From positions 23,433,045 to 23,497,044 of the forward strand of contig JARDVH010000097.1 of the NCBI GenBank assembly GCA_030324005.1: a stretch of DNA of 64,000 nucleotides, in the 5' to 3' direction. Made by a program: the position numbers and the translations under genes. The notes beneath the pieces were generated by a model. It saw only the letters and a program-made list of their open reading frames with translations, searched no databases and was not told the origin of the DNA. This DNA is from Negaprion brevirostris (Eukaryota). This document shows, piece after piece, positions 13,153 to 25,705 of the stretch. Position 1 is the stretch's first letter. Every line of letters starts with the position of its first letter.

Positions 13153-13528
13153 ATCATTCAATTATTTATTTTGTGCCTCATCAGATAATGAAAAGGAATG
13201 TAAACAGGATAAATGTGTGCATAATATTGCAGAATGTAACGTTTTGGATTATAACTCCACATTTTCTATTTGTTGGCATACCACTGTACAATCGATGGAT
13301 GGGACTTTAAGGTTGCACTCCATGTCCACAAGATCACTAGAGGGGCTCAAAATCTGGGGAAACACAGAAATCATGATTTTTGCTAGTGAAACCATGATTT
13401 CTGATTTTTCGCTGCCCCCACACCCGCTGCCGGTGATGTAATCAGGTTCATGCCCATTATGGTCATGTGCCTGACTTTAATATATTTCAATACATTTAAA
13501 TAGAATAAAAGCCTCCCCCCTGACTCCC

Positions 13529-13700
13529 CAATCAACCTGCACATTTTTGGAGTGTGGGAGGAAACTGGAGCACTAGGAGGAAACCAATGCAGTCACAGGG
13601 AGAACGTGTAAACTCCACACAGCCACCCGAGGCCAGAATTTAATCCAGGTCCCTGGTACTATGAGGCAACATTGTTAACCACTGTGCCGACATGCCTCCC
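13529..13700 (-). mobile_element. HE1 SINE 5' half
   Basis: tgtgggaggaaactggagcac...aactccacac...tgaggcaacattgttaaccactgtgcc. Confidence 0.85.
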
Positions 13701-13864
13701 AGGAAAGAAAGGTAAACAAATCCTGCACTGTAGCATCCACTATCTCATGGAACATCCTACACACGCGCCAAAATATCCATGAGTCAATAATCAGCCTGTT
13801 CAGTCACACGAAGAACCGTGACAGACTTACACAGAGCAGACGGCATCCTCAAATCAAGGGACAG

Positions 13865-14085
13865 CTGACAATATCCTAAAGTGCTTCCCAATCAATTGGG
13901 TACATTTAAAATGTGATCACTTTTGAGTAATGCAAGGAAATGTGGCAGAATTCTACAAACCACAAGGTTCTAGAGGAGCAATTGGAGAAAATTTCTGCTT
14001 TTAGAATTATTTTTTGAATGGGAAATATTGTTATAATACTGAAAATAAAACTCTTCTGCACTTCTTCTGGATATTTTACCTTCCG
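13865..14085 (-). mobile_element. Decayed Deu-domain SINE (SacSINE1-like), 3' part
   Basis: Resembles the reverse of the Deu-SINE tail seen at 16595-16885 and 60325-60620. Confidence 0.55.
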
Positions 14086-15611
14086 GGCTTAGAGTCTAAA
14101 TGATTCCATTGCATTATTACAGCTAATTAGTCTGACCAACACTCTGAAAAAGCAGATAAACTGAGCATCAAATTCGATCAGTATTTTGGAGGAAGATATT
14201 GGATTTATGGTCTCTATTCTTGTTTACAGTTAATTAAGCATTAAACAGGCAACACATTGCATGACTGCATTCAAAAGTACAGAGGGCGTACAGTAATATC
14301 ATTCACCATTCATACTGTACCCTAAGAAATGCTAGGCCTATGCTATTTTATGCTTATTTAACAGTATTTCAAGTGCAGGTTCAAATTTTCCGAGTAAAAT
14401 CTATGAATTGGCTTTAAATTATTCTTAGCTGTAACATTTACAAATTGATGTTATGAGTAAATAATATTGGATGAAATATCCATGCAAATGCAATAATTTT
14501 TGGCTTAATGTTCAAGAATGATTGTAAAATGATTTGCTTTATGATCTAATTGTGTTGGTCTAAGTTTAATTTAATGAGGTACACTTATTGTGCCTGCCTG
14601 TTTTGTTTCTTCTCCATCTCAGCTTAGATTGATAACTTATCAAATATCATTGACATTAATCCTATTTTTGTAGCTCAGTATGCTGAATGATAATCTTGAT
14701 TATAAATGCAGGCATATTCAATGATTGATAAAGCAATTCTGAAGTGATTTCCAGTCAGGATGGCAGTAAGAACAATCAGTTCTTAAGTTACCCCATTTAC
14801 AGCCTATTTGTTTCTGAAAAACTGTAAAATTTGTTTAGAAAACCTGCAAAGCAGACTGTGTGATTTTAATATTTCTGGGTGGCTTCATTACTGGGCCCTA
14901 TCAATAGTAGGTCCTGTATTTGACATCCTCTCCTCACCATTTCTTAGTAGAAATTGTGAATTGTATTTCAGTGATTGTTCTGTGTGGTGGACTTGTTGCA
15001 GACTAATCAATAACCTTCCAGTGGGGTTTCCTGGTCTCCTATCCACACTGTGAAATCTTATGTTCAGCAGCAAATATTCAGTGCAGTCTACTAATCAGCC
15101 ACACAGTTATCTCTATAAACTTCCAATTTGTATTGCTTCTCCTTTTGTTGCTGTTGTAAGCTCTGTCTTGTACTTCAGAATGTTCGCAAAAAGTATGTGG
15201 GCTATTTTGTTTTTAAGGGCCTGACAGCCCAATGTTTGGCTAATAATCGAGTTTCCTTATCAACAAAGCCTTGAAACAAAAAGGAAATCAACTGATGATT
15301 GTAATTTCATGGACCTGCATCATTTCATTCGATTTAGTCATCAATTACAGGTCTATGTTGGCTGCAGCTGAAATTGGGTAGTATTTACTCTTGACAAGAA
15401 GATTTACGCTATCATTCATAATAGGAAATCTATTCAAGTGTGTTTCTGCTTTTAGTATTGCATTCGAAGGATCCACTTACTCTCACGCTGGATTCAAAAC
15501 TGATTTTCTCTTGGTTACAGAGTTTGAACTTCATGCCCAACGCAAAAAAAGCACATTTAAATAATCTTCTATTTGAAAAGTTAAACAAAATAACAGGAAG
15601 TTGATCATGTG

Positions 15612-15702
15612 TTCATTCATTCATGAGACATGGGTGTCGCTGGCTGGCCAACATTTTTTGCCCATTCCTAGTTGCCTGAGGGCAGTTGACAGTAGACCAG
15701 GT
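15612..15702 (-). mobile_element. SINE family B 3' tail
   Basis: ttcattcattcatgagacatgggtgtcgctggctggccaaca...gcccattcctagttgcc. Confidence 0.8.
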
Positions 15703-15935
15703 AAGCATGAATGTTCGATTAACACCCCCTAAATCCAAATACCACGCAAACCTCTTTCCATTTTTGAATTGCCTACTCAAACATTCCAACCACTCCTTCT
15801 GGTAATAGATCTTAACAAGAGCCTTCTGCCCACTAACCACATTCTTACTCAATCCCTAAAGGAGTAGTTAGAGAAAGGGTTCTTTCTACTCACCACACAC
15901 TCCTTCTCTCCCATTTATGTTTCCTTCAAAGATGG

Positions 15936-16508
15936 TGAGCAGAATTCTCCCAAAAAATTCCTAAGTGTCATAATGGCGAGAATAATGCAGTGGTCCATGC
16001 CAGTCTCTCAGGTGCCCTCCGCAACGCAATCCTACCCCACTCAGCCACTTTGTTTGTGAATTGTGAGACTTGTGCTGGTCTTGAGGTGGGGCAGGGCCTA
16101 AACATGCCAGTGAGCCCCATTTCAGAGTGCCCGGGCACCTTTCTGCAAGGGTGAACCAATCTCACATTGTACTGGGTTACCCCCTCCCTCTCCCCACAGA
16201 CATTGGGACTACCCCCCNNNNNNNNNNNNNNNNNNNNNNNNNNNNNNNNNNNNNNNNNNNNNNNNNNNNNNNNNNNNNNNNNNNNNNNNNNNNNNNNNNN
16301 NNNNNNNNNNNNNNNNNNNNNNNNNNNNNNNNNNNNNNNNNNNNNNNNNNNNNNNNNNNNNNNNNNNNNNNNNNNNNNNNNNNNNNNNNNNNNNNNNNNN
16401 NNNNNNNNNNNNNNNNNNNNNNNNNNNNNNNNNNNNNNNNNNNNNNNNNNACCAGGAATGATTTTCGTCATGTTCGCGTCGCGCCCGAAGTCCAGTGAAT
16501 TCCTTGCA
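15936..16508. mobile_element. Non-autonomous Harbinger-type DNA transposon containing a 233-N gap
   Basis: Starts gagcagaattctccc, ends gtgaattccttgc; GC-rich with retained CpGs. Confidence 0.6.
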
Positions 16509-16594
16509 CAGGGATTTGAACAGGCTATATATAGTTAAATACTACTTTAAATATACTAACTGGAAAGGGCACGATCCGATTTGTGCCATTAGAC

Positions 16595-16885
16595 TGTTGG
16601 AGGTGCTGCCTTCCGGATATAACATTAAATTGAGACTGCATCTGCCTTCTCAGGTAGATGCAAATGATCCATGGCACTACTATGGATTGCTCCTTAGTGT
16701 CTGGATTATCCTTCATCCAACATCACAAATAACAGATTTTCTGGTTATTATCTCATTACTGTTTGTTGGACTTTGAGATGTTCAAATTAACTACTTTGTC
16801 TCTTACAGCTCAGAAGTATTTCATTACTGCAAACTGCTTTGCAACATAAGATTGTGAATGAAGTTACATCAATGCAAATTTTTCT
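16595..16885 (+). mobile_element. Deu-domain SINE (SacSINE1-like)
   Basis: ctgttggaggtgctgccttccggatataacattaaa...ctcaggtagatgcaaatgatccatggcacta...tggttattatctcattactgtttg. Confidence 0.75.
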
Positions 16886-16919
16886 CTCAGCTTATGCTGG
16901 CTCTGTATCTGAGTTGCTA

Positions 16920-17260
16920 TTTTCATTTGTTAATGAGGTGTGGTTGTTGCTGACTATGCCAGCATTTATTGTCCATCCCTAAATCCCCTTGAAAGGGCAG
17001 TTAAGGGTTACTTATTGTGGATCTGGAGTCACACATAGGTCAGGGCAGGTAAGGATGGCAAATTCCCTTCCTAAAAGACATTAGTGAACCGGGTGTTTTT
17101 TATGACAATCCATTCATGGTCATCATTAGATTTTTAATTCCAGATGTTTCATTGAGTTCAAATTTCACCATCCGCTGTGATGGGGTTTGAACTGGGGTCC
17201 TTAGAGCGTTGCCTTAGATATCTGGATTACCAGTCAGGTGATAATAGCACTGTGCCATCC
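16920..17260 (-). mobile_element. SINE family B, near full length
   Basis: Tail, core and tRNA-like head (ggggtttgaac, B-box complement) all present. Confidence 0.88.
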
Positions 17261-18663
17261 TTTGCACATAGGGGAGAGTTTCTGGTTTGAAAATTGGCCA
17301 TTCAGACTGTTTTTCTTTCCTACACAGGCACCTTTCATGAATAAAATGGCAAAGGCAAAGAACAAAAAGTAAGTTTTACCCAAATGGATCAATGCCAGCT
17401 TAAACTTTAATTTAAAAAAACATTGGAAGCAAAGAACATGGGAGGGATACTGATGCTGTAACTGTTTCTTTTTGGAATGCATTGTGTGGAGGGAGTCAGA
17501 AGCTGCAGAAGGTCAATATCATCTCCACCCTTGTCAGTTCTTGTTTTTGGTTTTATTAATAATAAGAAAAACCTAAGTCCAAGGATGCAATAAAATAAAT
17601 ATTGACTAAAATTCTCCAAGCTACAAGGCAAACTATTGTCCTTTAGTTTACAGATGTGCCTTTGAATGCACACTAATAACTTCAGGCTTCAGGTTTGAAC
17701 AATACAATACAATACAGTCCTGCTCAAATTCTCTGGACAGTAAATTACCACAGTAGCCCTCAACTGCAATCAATACTTGTATACGTGGATGGATAGATGC
17801 ATAATACAGTACAAGTTCTGCTTTTTCCCTTCAAAATATAACACTCTTAAAAAAGCCATTCTGAACCAGCAAATAGTTTTACTTTCAAATGAATGCACAT
17901 GAACAAGAAAAATGAGAATTGAATAAAAATCCATTAGCCCCTCCGAGGTCAGAACACACCTGAAATCATCATTGAAATCATGTTTCGGAAGATTGGATAC
18001 ATATGGCTTCAAAAAAAGTTTTGACATGATAAATGTGGCTCATTGGCTTTAAAAGGTAAGTCAAAAAATTGTAGCAATTATGGAAATAAGAAATTGCATG
18101 AGTAGCAATACTGAAATGGATGTTGATCCAATTAATCTCATTACAACTAAACCATTTTGTATTTACCTTGTACAATCCAAGATTTGTGTACCATCTCTCC
18201 ATGATATATTTAGGGCTTTATCAGCGTAGCTGTGACTGTTTTTAATGTTTGGGCGGAAAGGCTAATGAGGGAAAGGCTACTGACCTTCCTCTTATACTCT
18301 TTTCTGAACTTGTATCGTCTCCAAACAGCTCCATGGGCTCTCATCATATTATGCAGCAGGTAGAAATCTAGTGCCGAATAATTGAAACCATCTTATAACT
18401 CAGAGAAATTGTTAACGTTAAATTCATTGATCTAGAGTGCCCATACCTCCCTTCGCACTATGTCCCATTCGCCCTTAATCCCTGACTCTGGATCAATCAA
18501 TGCCACAGATTTAAAATTCTAATTTTTTTGTTAAAATCCATTATAATATTCATTGTTGAACACAAAGTAAGTACCTTTGAGAGACCTAGGTCTCTCTGGT
18601 GAGAATTTCAGCTCTACCACAATGCAGTGGTACTGAAATTGATTGTAGCAATTGCTACTGAGT

Positions 18664-20265
18664 CGGGAGGCAGCATTGTGGTAATGTTATTGGACTAGCA
18701 ATTACCAGGCTTGAACTAATGCTCTGAAGACATGAGCTCAAATCACACCAGGGCAGGTGGTGGAATTTAAATTGATCTTGTTGCAGGTATCTAGTTCATG
18801 TTAATATTGTAGAGGAATGTTATTGTTGTGGAGGTAAGATAATTAAAATGTTGTGCTTTTAGAGATTGTCAGTGGAAACATGTGTCTACACTACTTGCAA
18901 AGGAGGTCAGTCCGGAGAGATATTTTGTCTTGTGAGTTAGAGCTACATTAGTTCAACAGCCTTCAATGAACATTGTCTTGGAAATGTATGGTGTGTGCAT
19001 AGGTTCTATGGATTTAGTTTGTCTGTGCTTTTTTGCAGAGATGGAATTTGTTGAAGTTTGGACCTCATGTTGTTTGCAGCTCATAGGGAAGCCCTGGAAT
19101 TGGTTGTGTAGTTAAGACTAAGAAGCGATGCTGGGTGCTGAGAAGCTTGTGGAAGGTTGCTGGATCCACGCTGGATACAGCTGGGGCTTAGAGAAGCCTG
19201 AAACTTATAGCTTAGTGCAACCTGAAGGTTGGAGTTTGGAAAAATTCAGGCATAGTGCCAGCTTAATGAAGCTCATGGACTGTGAAAGAGTTGAAACTTA
19301 TAGGTTTTGTAGTTCCCTTTGAATGCAGTCTCAGAAGAAGAGATTGAATCATGAGGAAGTGAACAGTCATTAAGGCAGTCCAAGTCAGAGTAATTTTTGA
19401 GGGAATTCAGAGGCTAGATCTTCAAAGGTGAAGGGTTGAAACTCCTTGTGTGGGAGACAAAGATTTTAATGAAATATTATGATTCCAATATTTACTGACA
19501 TCTGGGCAGATTGCTGGGAAATCTTTGGGGTCTGTCTTGGTCACATCTGCTTTTAATGTGCAGCATGGCTTATTTAAACACAGTTTGCCTGTTAATCCAT
19601 AATTACCTGATGTTAATTCTGAATGTTGTAAATTGTCTTACTTTTCTGAATTTGTGACTAAAGTGCATTTTGTTTGTTGTAAGCTGTGGAACCTTGTTGC
19701 TTTTTTCTCCTAGTAGATAACTGGGAATTCAAACATTGTCCACTTTACACTAAACATTACTGTTCTCCAACCAGATCATAACAAAGTAGTTCACCTGGAA
19801 TAAAATGCTATTCTCATTAATATTGGTGGTGAGACTTTTGGATTGTTCACTAATGTCCTTCAGGGGGAAAATCTGCTGTCTTTTCCTGATCTGGCCTACC
19901 TGTCCCTGCAGACTCACAACAAAGGGGTTGACTCTTAACTGTTTTCTGAAATGACTCAGGAAACATTCAGCATTAAAGTACTATGGAAATGTTAAATAAG
20001 ATGAAAACTGGAGAGGCAACAACCATCGAGACATTGGAAATTACAAAGGAGACCCAGCAAGAATTTCCTTGGGGCTTGTGCCAAAGTTGGGAGAGTTGTC
20101 CATAAATAAGTCAAGCTACAGCCTAACATACAATGATTCAGTAAATCATACTGTAGGCCAATGTCCCAGACACTACGAATCCCTGGGGTCCCACCTGCAG
20201 GACAGTCCTATCAATGGTGATGCCACAAGTGATATGCAGTCAGAAGGTGCTGGCCCACAGAGGTA
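18664..20265 (+). mobile_element. SINE-B-like tRNA head running into a CR1/L2-group LINE endonuclease, split by a solo LTR
   Basis: Head 18664-18778, core resumes at 19784 and continues to WGLVPKLGELS at ~20069; RT piece WKIAQIFAVHKKQDKAN...ISLFSTISKM at 21571-21668. Confidence 0.75.
18779..19783 (+). mobile_element. Solo LTR (~1 kb)
   Basis: tgttg...taaca termini; cleanly interrupts the SINE-B sequence; no clear TSD. Confidence 0.7.
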
Positions 20266-20289
20266 TCAATATTAGCTCTGATCCAAAGA

Positions 20290-21565
20290 TAGAATTCTGA
20301 GTGGACTTGACAGGGTGGATCGTGAGAGGATGTTTGATCTTGTGAAAGAGTCTAGAACTAGGGGATTCTTTAAGATTTTGGGGTCTTCCATTTAAGATTG
20401 GGGTGAGGAGAATTTATTTTCTCTCAGACTTGTTAGTCTGTGGAATTGTCTTCCCCACGGAGCAATGGAGGTCAGGTCATTGAGTGAGGACATGTTCCAT
20501 TCAGGATCAGAACCTTGATCTCCAACCCTGATGAGGCAAAAAATACTCAGGACAAGTTTTCTGGTAGAGCATCAGAGAAAATTCAGTCAGTGCAGAAACC
20601 CAAGGAGGGATCAGAACAGAGAATTTGTGCAGAAATCCCAACAATCTTTTCTTCATGGTACTAGCTATTATATTCTGGTAAGTAGGAGATTAAATGTCCC
20701 AAAGCATCTTTGAAAAGCAGGGGAGAGAAGCAAAGTAAGTCAGGGGAAGATAGGGTTAATGGTGGGAGGATAAATGATAAGGGAGGATAAGGCAAAGGGT
20801 GAGTAACAAAAGTGGGTAAGGGGGGGTAAGGTAAATGGGTAAGGGGTAAGATGGGCAAATGCATAGAGTGGGTAAGAGGCTAAGGTGGCTGAAAGGGATA
20901 AGGCACATGAGAGAGTAGTGTAGGAAAGTGAGTTGGATGAGTCAGGGGATAGGACAGTGGGTAATATGGAGTTGGGGTTGGGGGAGAGTTGGGGAGGTGG
21001 GAGGGTCAAATAATTGAGGGTAGTCAAGTCAGGCCAAGGGGATTGGAGGAGTCATGAGGGTAGTTGGAGACTCAGAAGAGAGTCAGGAAGAGTTGGGAGA
21101 TCAAGAGAGAAGTCAGGGGTCAGTGTGAGCATTTGGTGGTCAGTTCTCTAGTCATCCAGAAGTCAAACTAGATTTTAATTTGACTACCTGCTTACCTGAT
21201 GGAATATTTAAAACATGCCCAAAACTTGTACACTTACATTGTGGAATGCTGGCCACCACAGACAGAGTAGAATAAATTTTTCTGGCTAAATATTCAGGTT
21301 AGTAAATTAGATCAAATTGTAGACTTCTTTAGAGAGTCCCGGGAGCCAGGGGAATAGCCCATCAGAACTTCAAACTTTCCATGAAATCATTGCATTGGAA
21401 ATTCTAAGAGATTCTACAGTCCATTTTGGGGAAAAATCCAGCCTTCGACTACCTGGAAGACTGGGGTCAATATTTTCAAGGCTGAGTTAAATAGAATCTT
21501 GACTGGAAAGGGAATCAAGGGGGCAAGTGGGAAAGTGGAGTTGAAGCCACAAGCAGATCAACCAT
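20290..21565 (+). mobile_element. CR1 3' fragment split into 20290-20485 and 21469-21565
   Basis: ggacttgacagggtggat...gtggaattgtcttcccca...aggtcattgagt resumes as aatattttcaaggctgagttaaataga. Confidence 0.8.
20486..21468. mobile_element. Unclassified ~1-kb insertion with G/A-rich low-complexity core, probably a non-autonomous DNA transposon
   Basis: Interrupts CR1; 20715-21120 is strongly purine-skewed (gggtaag, ggagagt units). Confidence 0.5.
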
Positions 21566-22157
21566 AATGTGGAAAATTGCCCAGATATTTGCTGTTCACA
21601 AAAAGCAGGACAAAGCTAATACAGTCATTAATGGCCTGATCAGCCTTTTCTCAACCATCAGCAAAATGTCTCATTGACACTGCTATCAGATAGGATTGAA
21701 TCACTGATGACCTGTCAACTTTAGTTGCACTGGATTGAACTGGAGTGATGTTTTAAGGCATTGGGAATTCTTGGCAGAGAAGCAGATGATTCTTGGCACT
21801 TTATCTCAGCCTTGTCAGTAGTATCTTGCTCTTGTGTGCCCAGGACTATTCAAAAGTAGAGACTTGAGGATGTGCAATTGTCAAGGAAGTACTTGTAGGT
21901 ATAGGGACCCCAACTGGAGTTAGAGGAACTCACTTCTATATTGCATTTCCAGGCTTCAAGAGCCACGGGATGGAAGTGAGACGTGGAAAGCCTGCCCTCT
22001 GGGCCTCTGTCTTTGTTACATCACTGATCAGAGCAAAAGCTGCATAATTTTGCATTTGCAACATGCTTCCCTGATGGAGTATTTAAAACATGCCCAAAAC
22101 TTGTACACTTCCATTCTGGAATGCTGGCCACCACAGACAGAGTAGAACAAATTTCTC
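21189..22157 (+). repeat. ~95-bp direct repeat pair (21189-21283 and 22064-22157)
   Basis: cctgatgga.tatttaaaacatgcccaaaacttgtacactt.catt.tggaatgctggccaccacagacagagtagaa.aaattt in both copies, few mismatches. Confidence 0.95.
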
Positions 22158-22271
22158 TTGGATCTGCTACAGATATGAAGGAGAAGGTTGTATTTCTGCT
22201 ACTGGAGAGTTACCTGAGTATGAATTTTGGGGTTGAGAGAGGTCTATACTTCTCCAAAAATAGCACACTAA

Positions 22272-22666
22272 GGAGGAGATGGTGACATAGTGGCAATGTC
22301 ATTGGACTAATAACCTCGAGGCCCAGGCGAATGGCCTGGGAACAATGGTTCAAATCTAAATTCAAATAATTTTTAAAAATCTGGAATTGAAAGCTAGGCC
22401 AAAGTTCTTCTCCCATCTCGTCCAATGCAGGAATTATAGTAGGCAAGACAGAAAATTCATCAAACCTTTCAAAGGTCCATTGAGCTTGGGTGGGAATTTC
22501 AGGTCTTGAGGTGCACAGCCAGATAATCCTGCCTCTAGTCTCAGTAATGGCACCATCACCAATTAGTGTACAAACACACTGGTCACTCTTTTTGAAGATA
22601 TCTAGGGATGGGCAACAAATACTGGCCTTGCCTTGCAATAGCCACATCCCATGAAAGATTAAAGAA
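22272..22666 (+). mobile_element. SINE family B (internally deleted) with nested MITE
   Basis: A box ggtgacatagtgg, B box ggttcaaatc, tail tagggatgggcaacaaatactggccttgcc...cacatcccatgaaag. Confidence 0.85.
22397..22534 (-). mobile_element. Harbinger-type MITE with short TSD
   Basis: Reverse copy of the 2198 family; flanked by cta...cta, and removal restores SINE aaagctagtctcagtaatgg. Confidence 0.8.
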
Positions 22667-22794
22667 GTGTGTTTGTCTCCTAATTGTGATGTAAAGGGCC
22701 AAGGATAGAATATTAATATTTGCAATCAAGTTGTTCATAAGACACTGGTCATATGGCTAAAGTGAGAGACAGTTCAATAGAAAGTCAACAATAA

Positions 22795-23060
22795 CTATTT
22801 ATACTATAACACTTTTAACGTAATGAAACATACAAAGGTGCTGTGAATATATAGATTAGGAGCATTAGTAAACAACTCAGACCCTCAAGCCTCCTCCACT
22901 ATTCAATGAGAGCATAGCTGATCTGATTGTAACCCTGCTTGTCCCCAATAACCTTTCACCCCCTTGTTTATCAAGAAATGTGGCATGGAGTCACATGAGG
23001 AGATATTGGGTCAGATGACTTGCTCAAAAAGGTAAATTTTTAAGGACCGTTTTAAAGGAT
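22795..23060 (-). mobile_element. L2-type LINE 3' end with inserted CR1 tail (22852-22975)
   Basis: gagtcacatgaggagatattgggtcagatgac...ggtaaattttaagga resembles an L2 3' end. Confidence 0.55.
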
Positions 23061-23321
23061 TCAGGATAAGGATAGGCTAAAAAATATATGAACATCTCTG
23101 TGGAAACAGAGAGTTTGTGTTTGCAGTGTTATGTCGACAAGGCAGTGTTTGCTAGATAAATCAGTACTTCCTATAATGCTTGGCCTGAGCCAACAGTTTG
23201 CCCCAGAATACCGGGTAATATTCTTCATTGCATACACACATACAGGACTTGCACTTTTTCCCTTACAGATTACCGTCCTTTCCAAGGTTACATGTGAGAT
23301 CATAGACAAATTGGTTGATTC

Positions 23322-25110
23322 AGTATAGAAGGAAGCAAATCAGTTCACTGTATGTCTACATCTTTGAGAGAGCTACCAAATTAGTCCCATACTTCTGCTC
23401 TGTCCCTGGAGATCCACCGTTTTAAGTATTTATTCAATTCCATTTTGCAAGTAACCCTGGATTCTGCATTCCAGCATTCTTTCATGCAGTGCACTCCAGG
23501 TCATAACAAATCACTTCCAACTTTATTTTTCTCATGTTGCCTTTGGTTCTTTCATTGATAACCTCAAGTCTGTGATTTCTGGTTACTGGCTCTTTTGCTT
23601 CTTGAGATTTTGAACACATCTATCAAATCTCTGCTTCAATTATCTGACCTAATGAGAGCAACCCCAGTTTCTTTGACCTCTCCCAAAAAAACAGAAACCT
23701 TTACCATCATCCTAGTAAATGCCCTCTGCAACCTCTCTGAAGCCTTGACATCTTTCCTAAAGGGTGGTACCTGGATGTGGCCTCAATACTGGAGCCTAAT
23801 CAGCATTTTGTAAAAAATGGCACATCATTCTTGGATACCGTGCCTCTATGTAAAAAGCCAATGATTGCATGTGCATTTGAATAGCGTTCCCAACTTCTTC
23901 TGCCACCTGAAAAGCATTATATACATACACCCTCTCTGTTTCTGCACCTCTTTTAAAAGTGTACCGTCTAGTTTATATTACATTCTCACAGTTTCTCCCA
24001 AAATGTATTATTTCACATTTGCTTGTGTTAAATTTCGTCTGTCAGCAATTTCAACAAACTGTCATGTCCTGAAGTCTATTATTACCCTCCTCACCATTGA
24101 CTATGTTTCTGAGTTTGGTGTTATCTGCAATGGTTGAAATTTTGCCCTGTATCCCCAACTCCAGAACATGAATATATGTCAAAAAGAATACTTTCTCTTT
24201 TCCACTTGGAGAACAACATCACGTACGTACCTCCAAGCCATAATACAAACAGGCATTACTACTCACTGCTTTATGTCCCATAGCCAATTTTGTATTGATG
24301 CAGTTATTCCCTCTTTAATCTGAACAAGGCAATTATGTGGAACTTTATCAAACAACTTTTTGAAATTCAGTGCAACCACGTAATTCTCACCCTTCCTGTC
24401 CTTCATCAAAAAATCCAATCAAGTTCTCACCTTTCCAGCACATCATCCACAAACCTAATCAAGTTCATCAACCATGTTTGCTTTTTTTATAATTTCATGC
24501 TGGCTGTCATTTATCAGTCCTTATCAAGGGTCTCCAGATCCTAATGCAATGACTCTGTGGGAATTCCCTCCCTAACAGCACTGTGGGTGTATCTATACTT
24601 CAAGGACTACAGCGGTTCAAGAAGGCAGCTCATCACCAACTCCTGAAGGGCAACTATGGATTGGAAATAAATGCTGGCCTAGCCAATGACACCCACGCTG
24701 CATAAAATTATTATTTTTGAAAGTAACAGTGGACAGAAGAGGAAATGCAGGAGTATATCAAAGCTTGTGTCCATGCACATGAGGACCAGTTAAGTCCAAG
24801 GAGTCCCAGGACAGGGAGAGTAGGGAAGGCCTGGCAGGGTGTGAGGGAGTGTTTGGGGTCTCAGGGGGAGAGGCCAGTGGGAAAGGAAGGTCTGGAGGCC
24901 AAGGCACCTTAAATAAATAAACATTAGCTATTTCCCAAACCATTGGCACAGTTCCAGATTTTAAGAAATTTTGGCAATGCATTTACTATCTGCACCATCA
25001 CTTCCATTAAGACCCTGGGATGCAAGCCATCTGATCCTGGAAACGCGTCAGCCTTTAGATCTAATAGTTTTCCTAGCACCTTTTCCCTGGTACTGGTGAC
25101 TGTTCTTTTC
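23322..25110 (-). mobile_element. Old CR1 LINE ORF2 fragments, interrupted at ~24530-24920
   Basis: Minus MHCQNFLKSGTVPMVWEIANV; degenerate CR1 RT motifs across 23600-24500. Confidence 0.8.
24558..24715 (+). mobile_element. 3' end of the LINE partner of SINE family B
   Basis: NSLPNSTVGVSILQGLQRFKKAAHHQLLKG followed by aataaatgctggcctagccaatgacaccca, the SINE-B tail. Confidence 0.8.
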
Positions 25111-25705
25111 TTTAAAATGTGCTGCGGTGTGAACAGCCAGAAATTCTGGCTGCTACAATGTTAAAATATTAGTGGAATAAACAGGCAAAATGGATCAGGC
25201 TTCAACCCATGTTCCATTAATACATGTTACGAATTTCCAATATCTCATTCCTCGTGCTAATTCATTTTTATTATTTCAGGATATAATCTTTTAATCTGCA
25301 TGCTTACCCCTCATGTAATGTCAGCTGTTAAAATGTTTTGGAAATAACTTTGCTCTTTGGGGAGAAACATACAAGTTTGCAGCCAGTTCCTGATATTTTG
25401 CCATTCTTTGGTAAGATTTTCCCTGAAGGTTATGGCAATTTTGTCCTTGCCCTGCCTTGAGGCTGTGGTTGCTTCTGCAATGGTTGACAGATTTCCCTCA
25501 CAACCTCTTTTGTAAGGTGTATGCTGGAGTTGGGCTCCCATAATTGTTGACTGAAGACCTCTGAGGATATATCCTTCTCCATCCTACCTTCTCTCCTCCC
25601 CATGTCCCCCATTTCTAGAAATTTATTCTTCCTTGCACCGTCTCAATTTAATTGCCCAGCCTTGTTCAAATTCTAGTGGAAGTCCTAGCCCCCAGGGAAA
25701 GCCTC

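Noticed and set aside
17930-18062. Exon ending at aag|gtaagt
   Set aside because: No convincing acceptor, and all frames close before the donor
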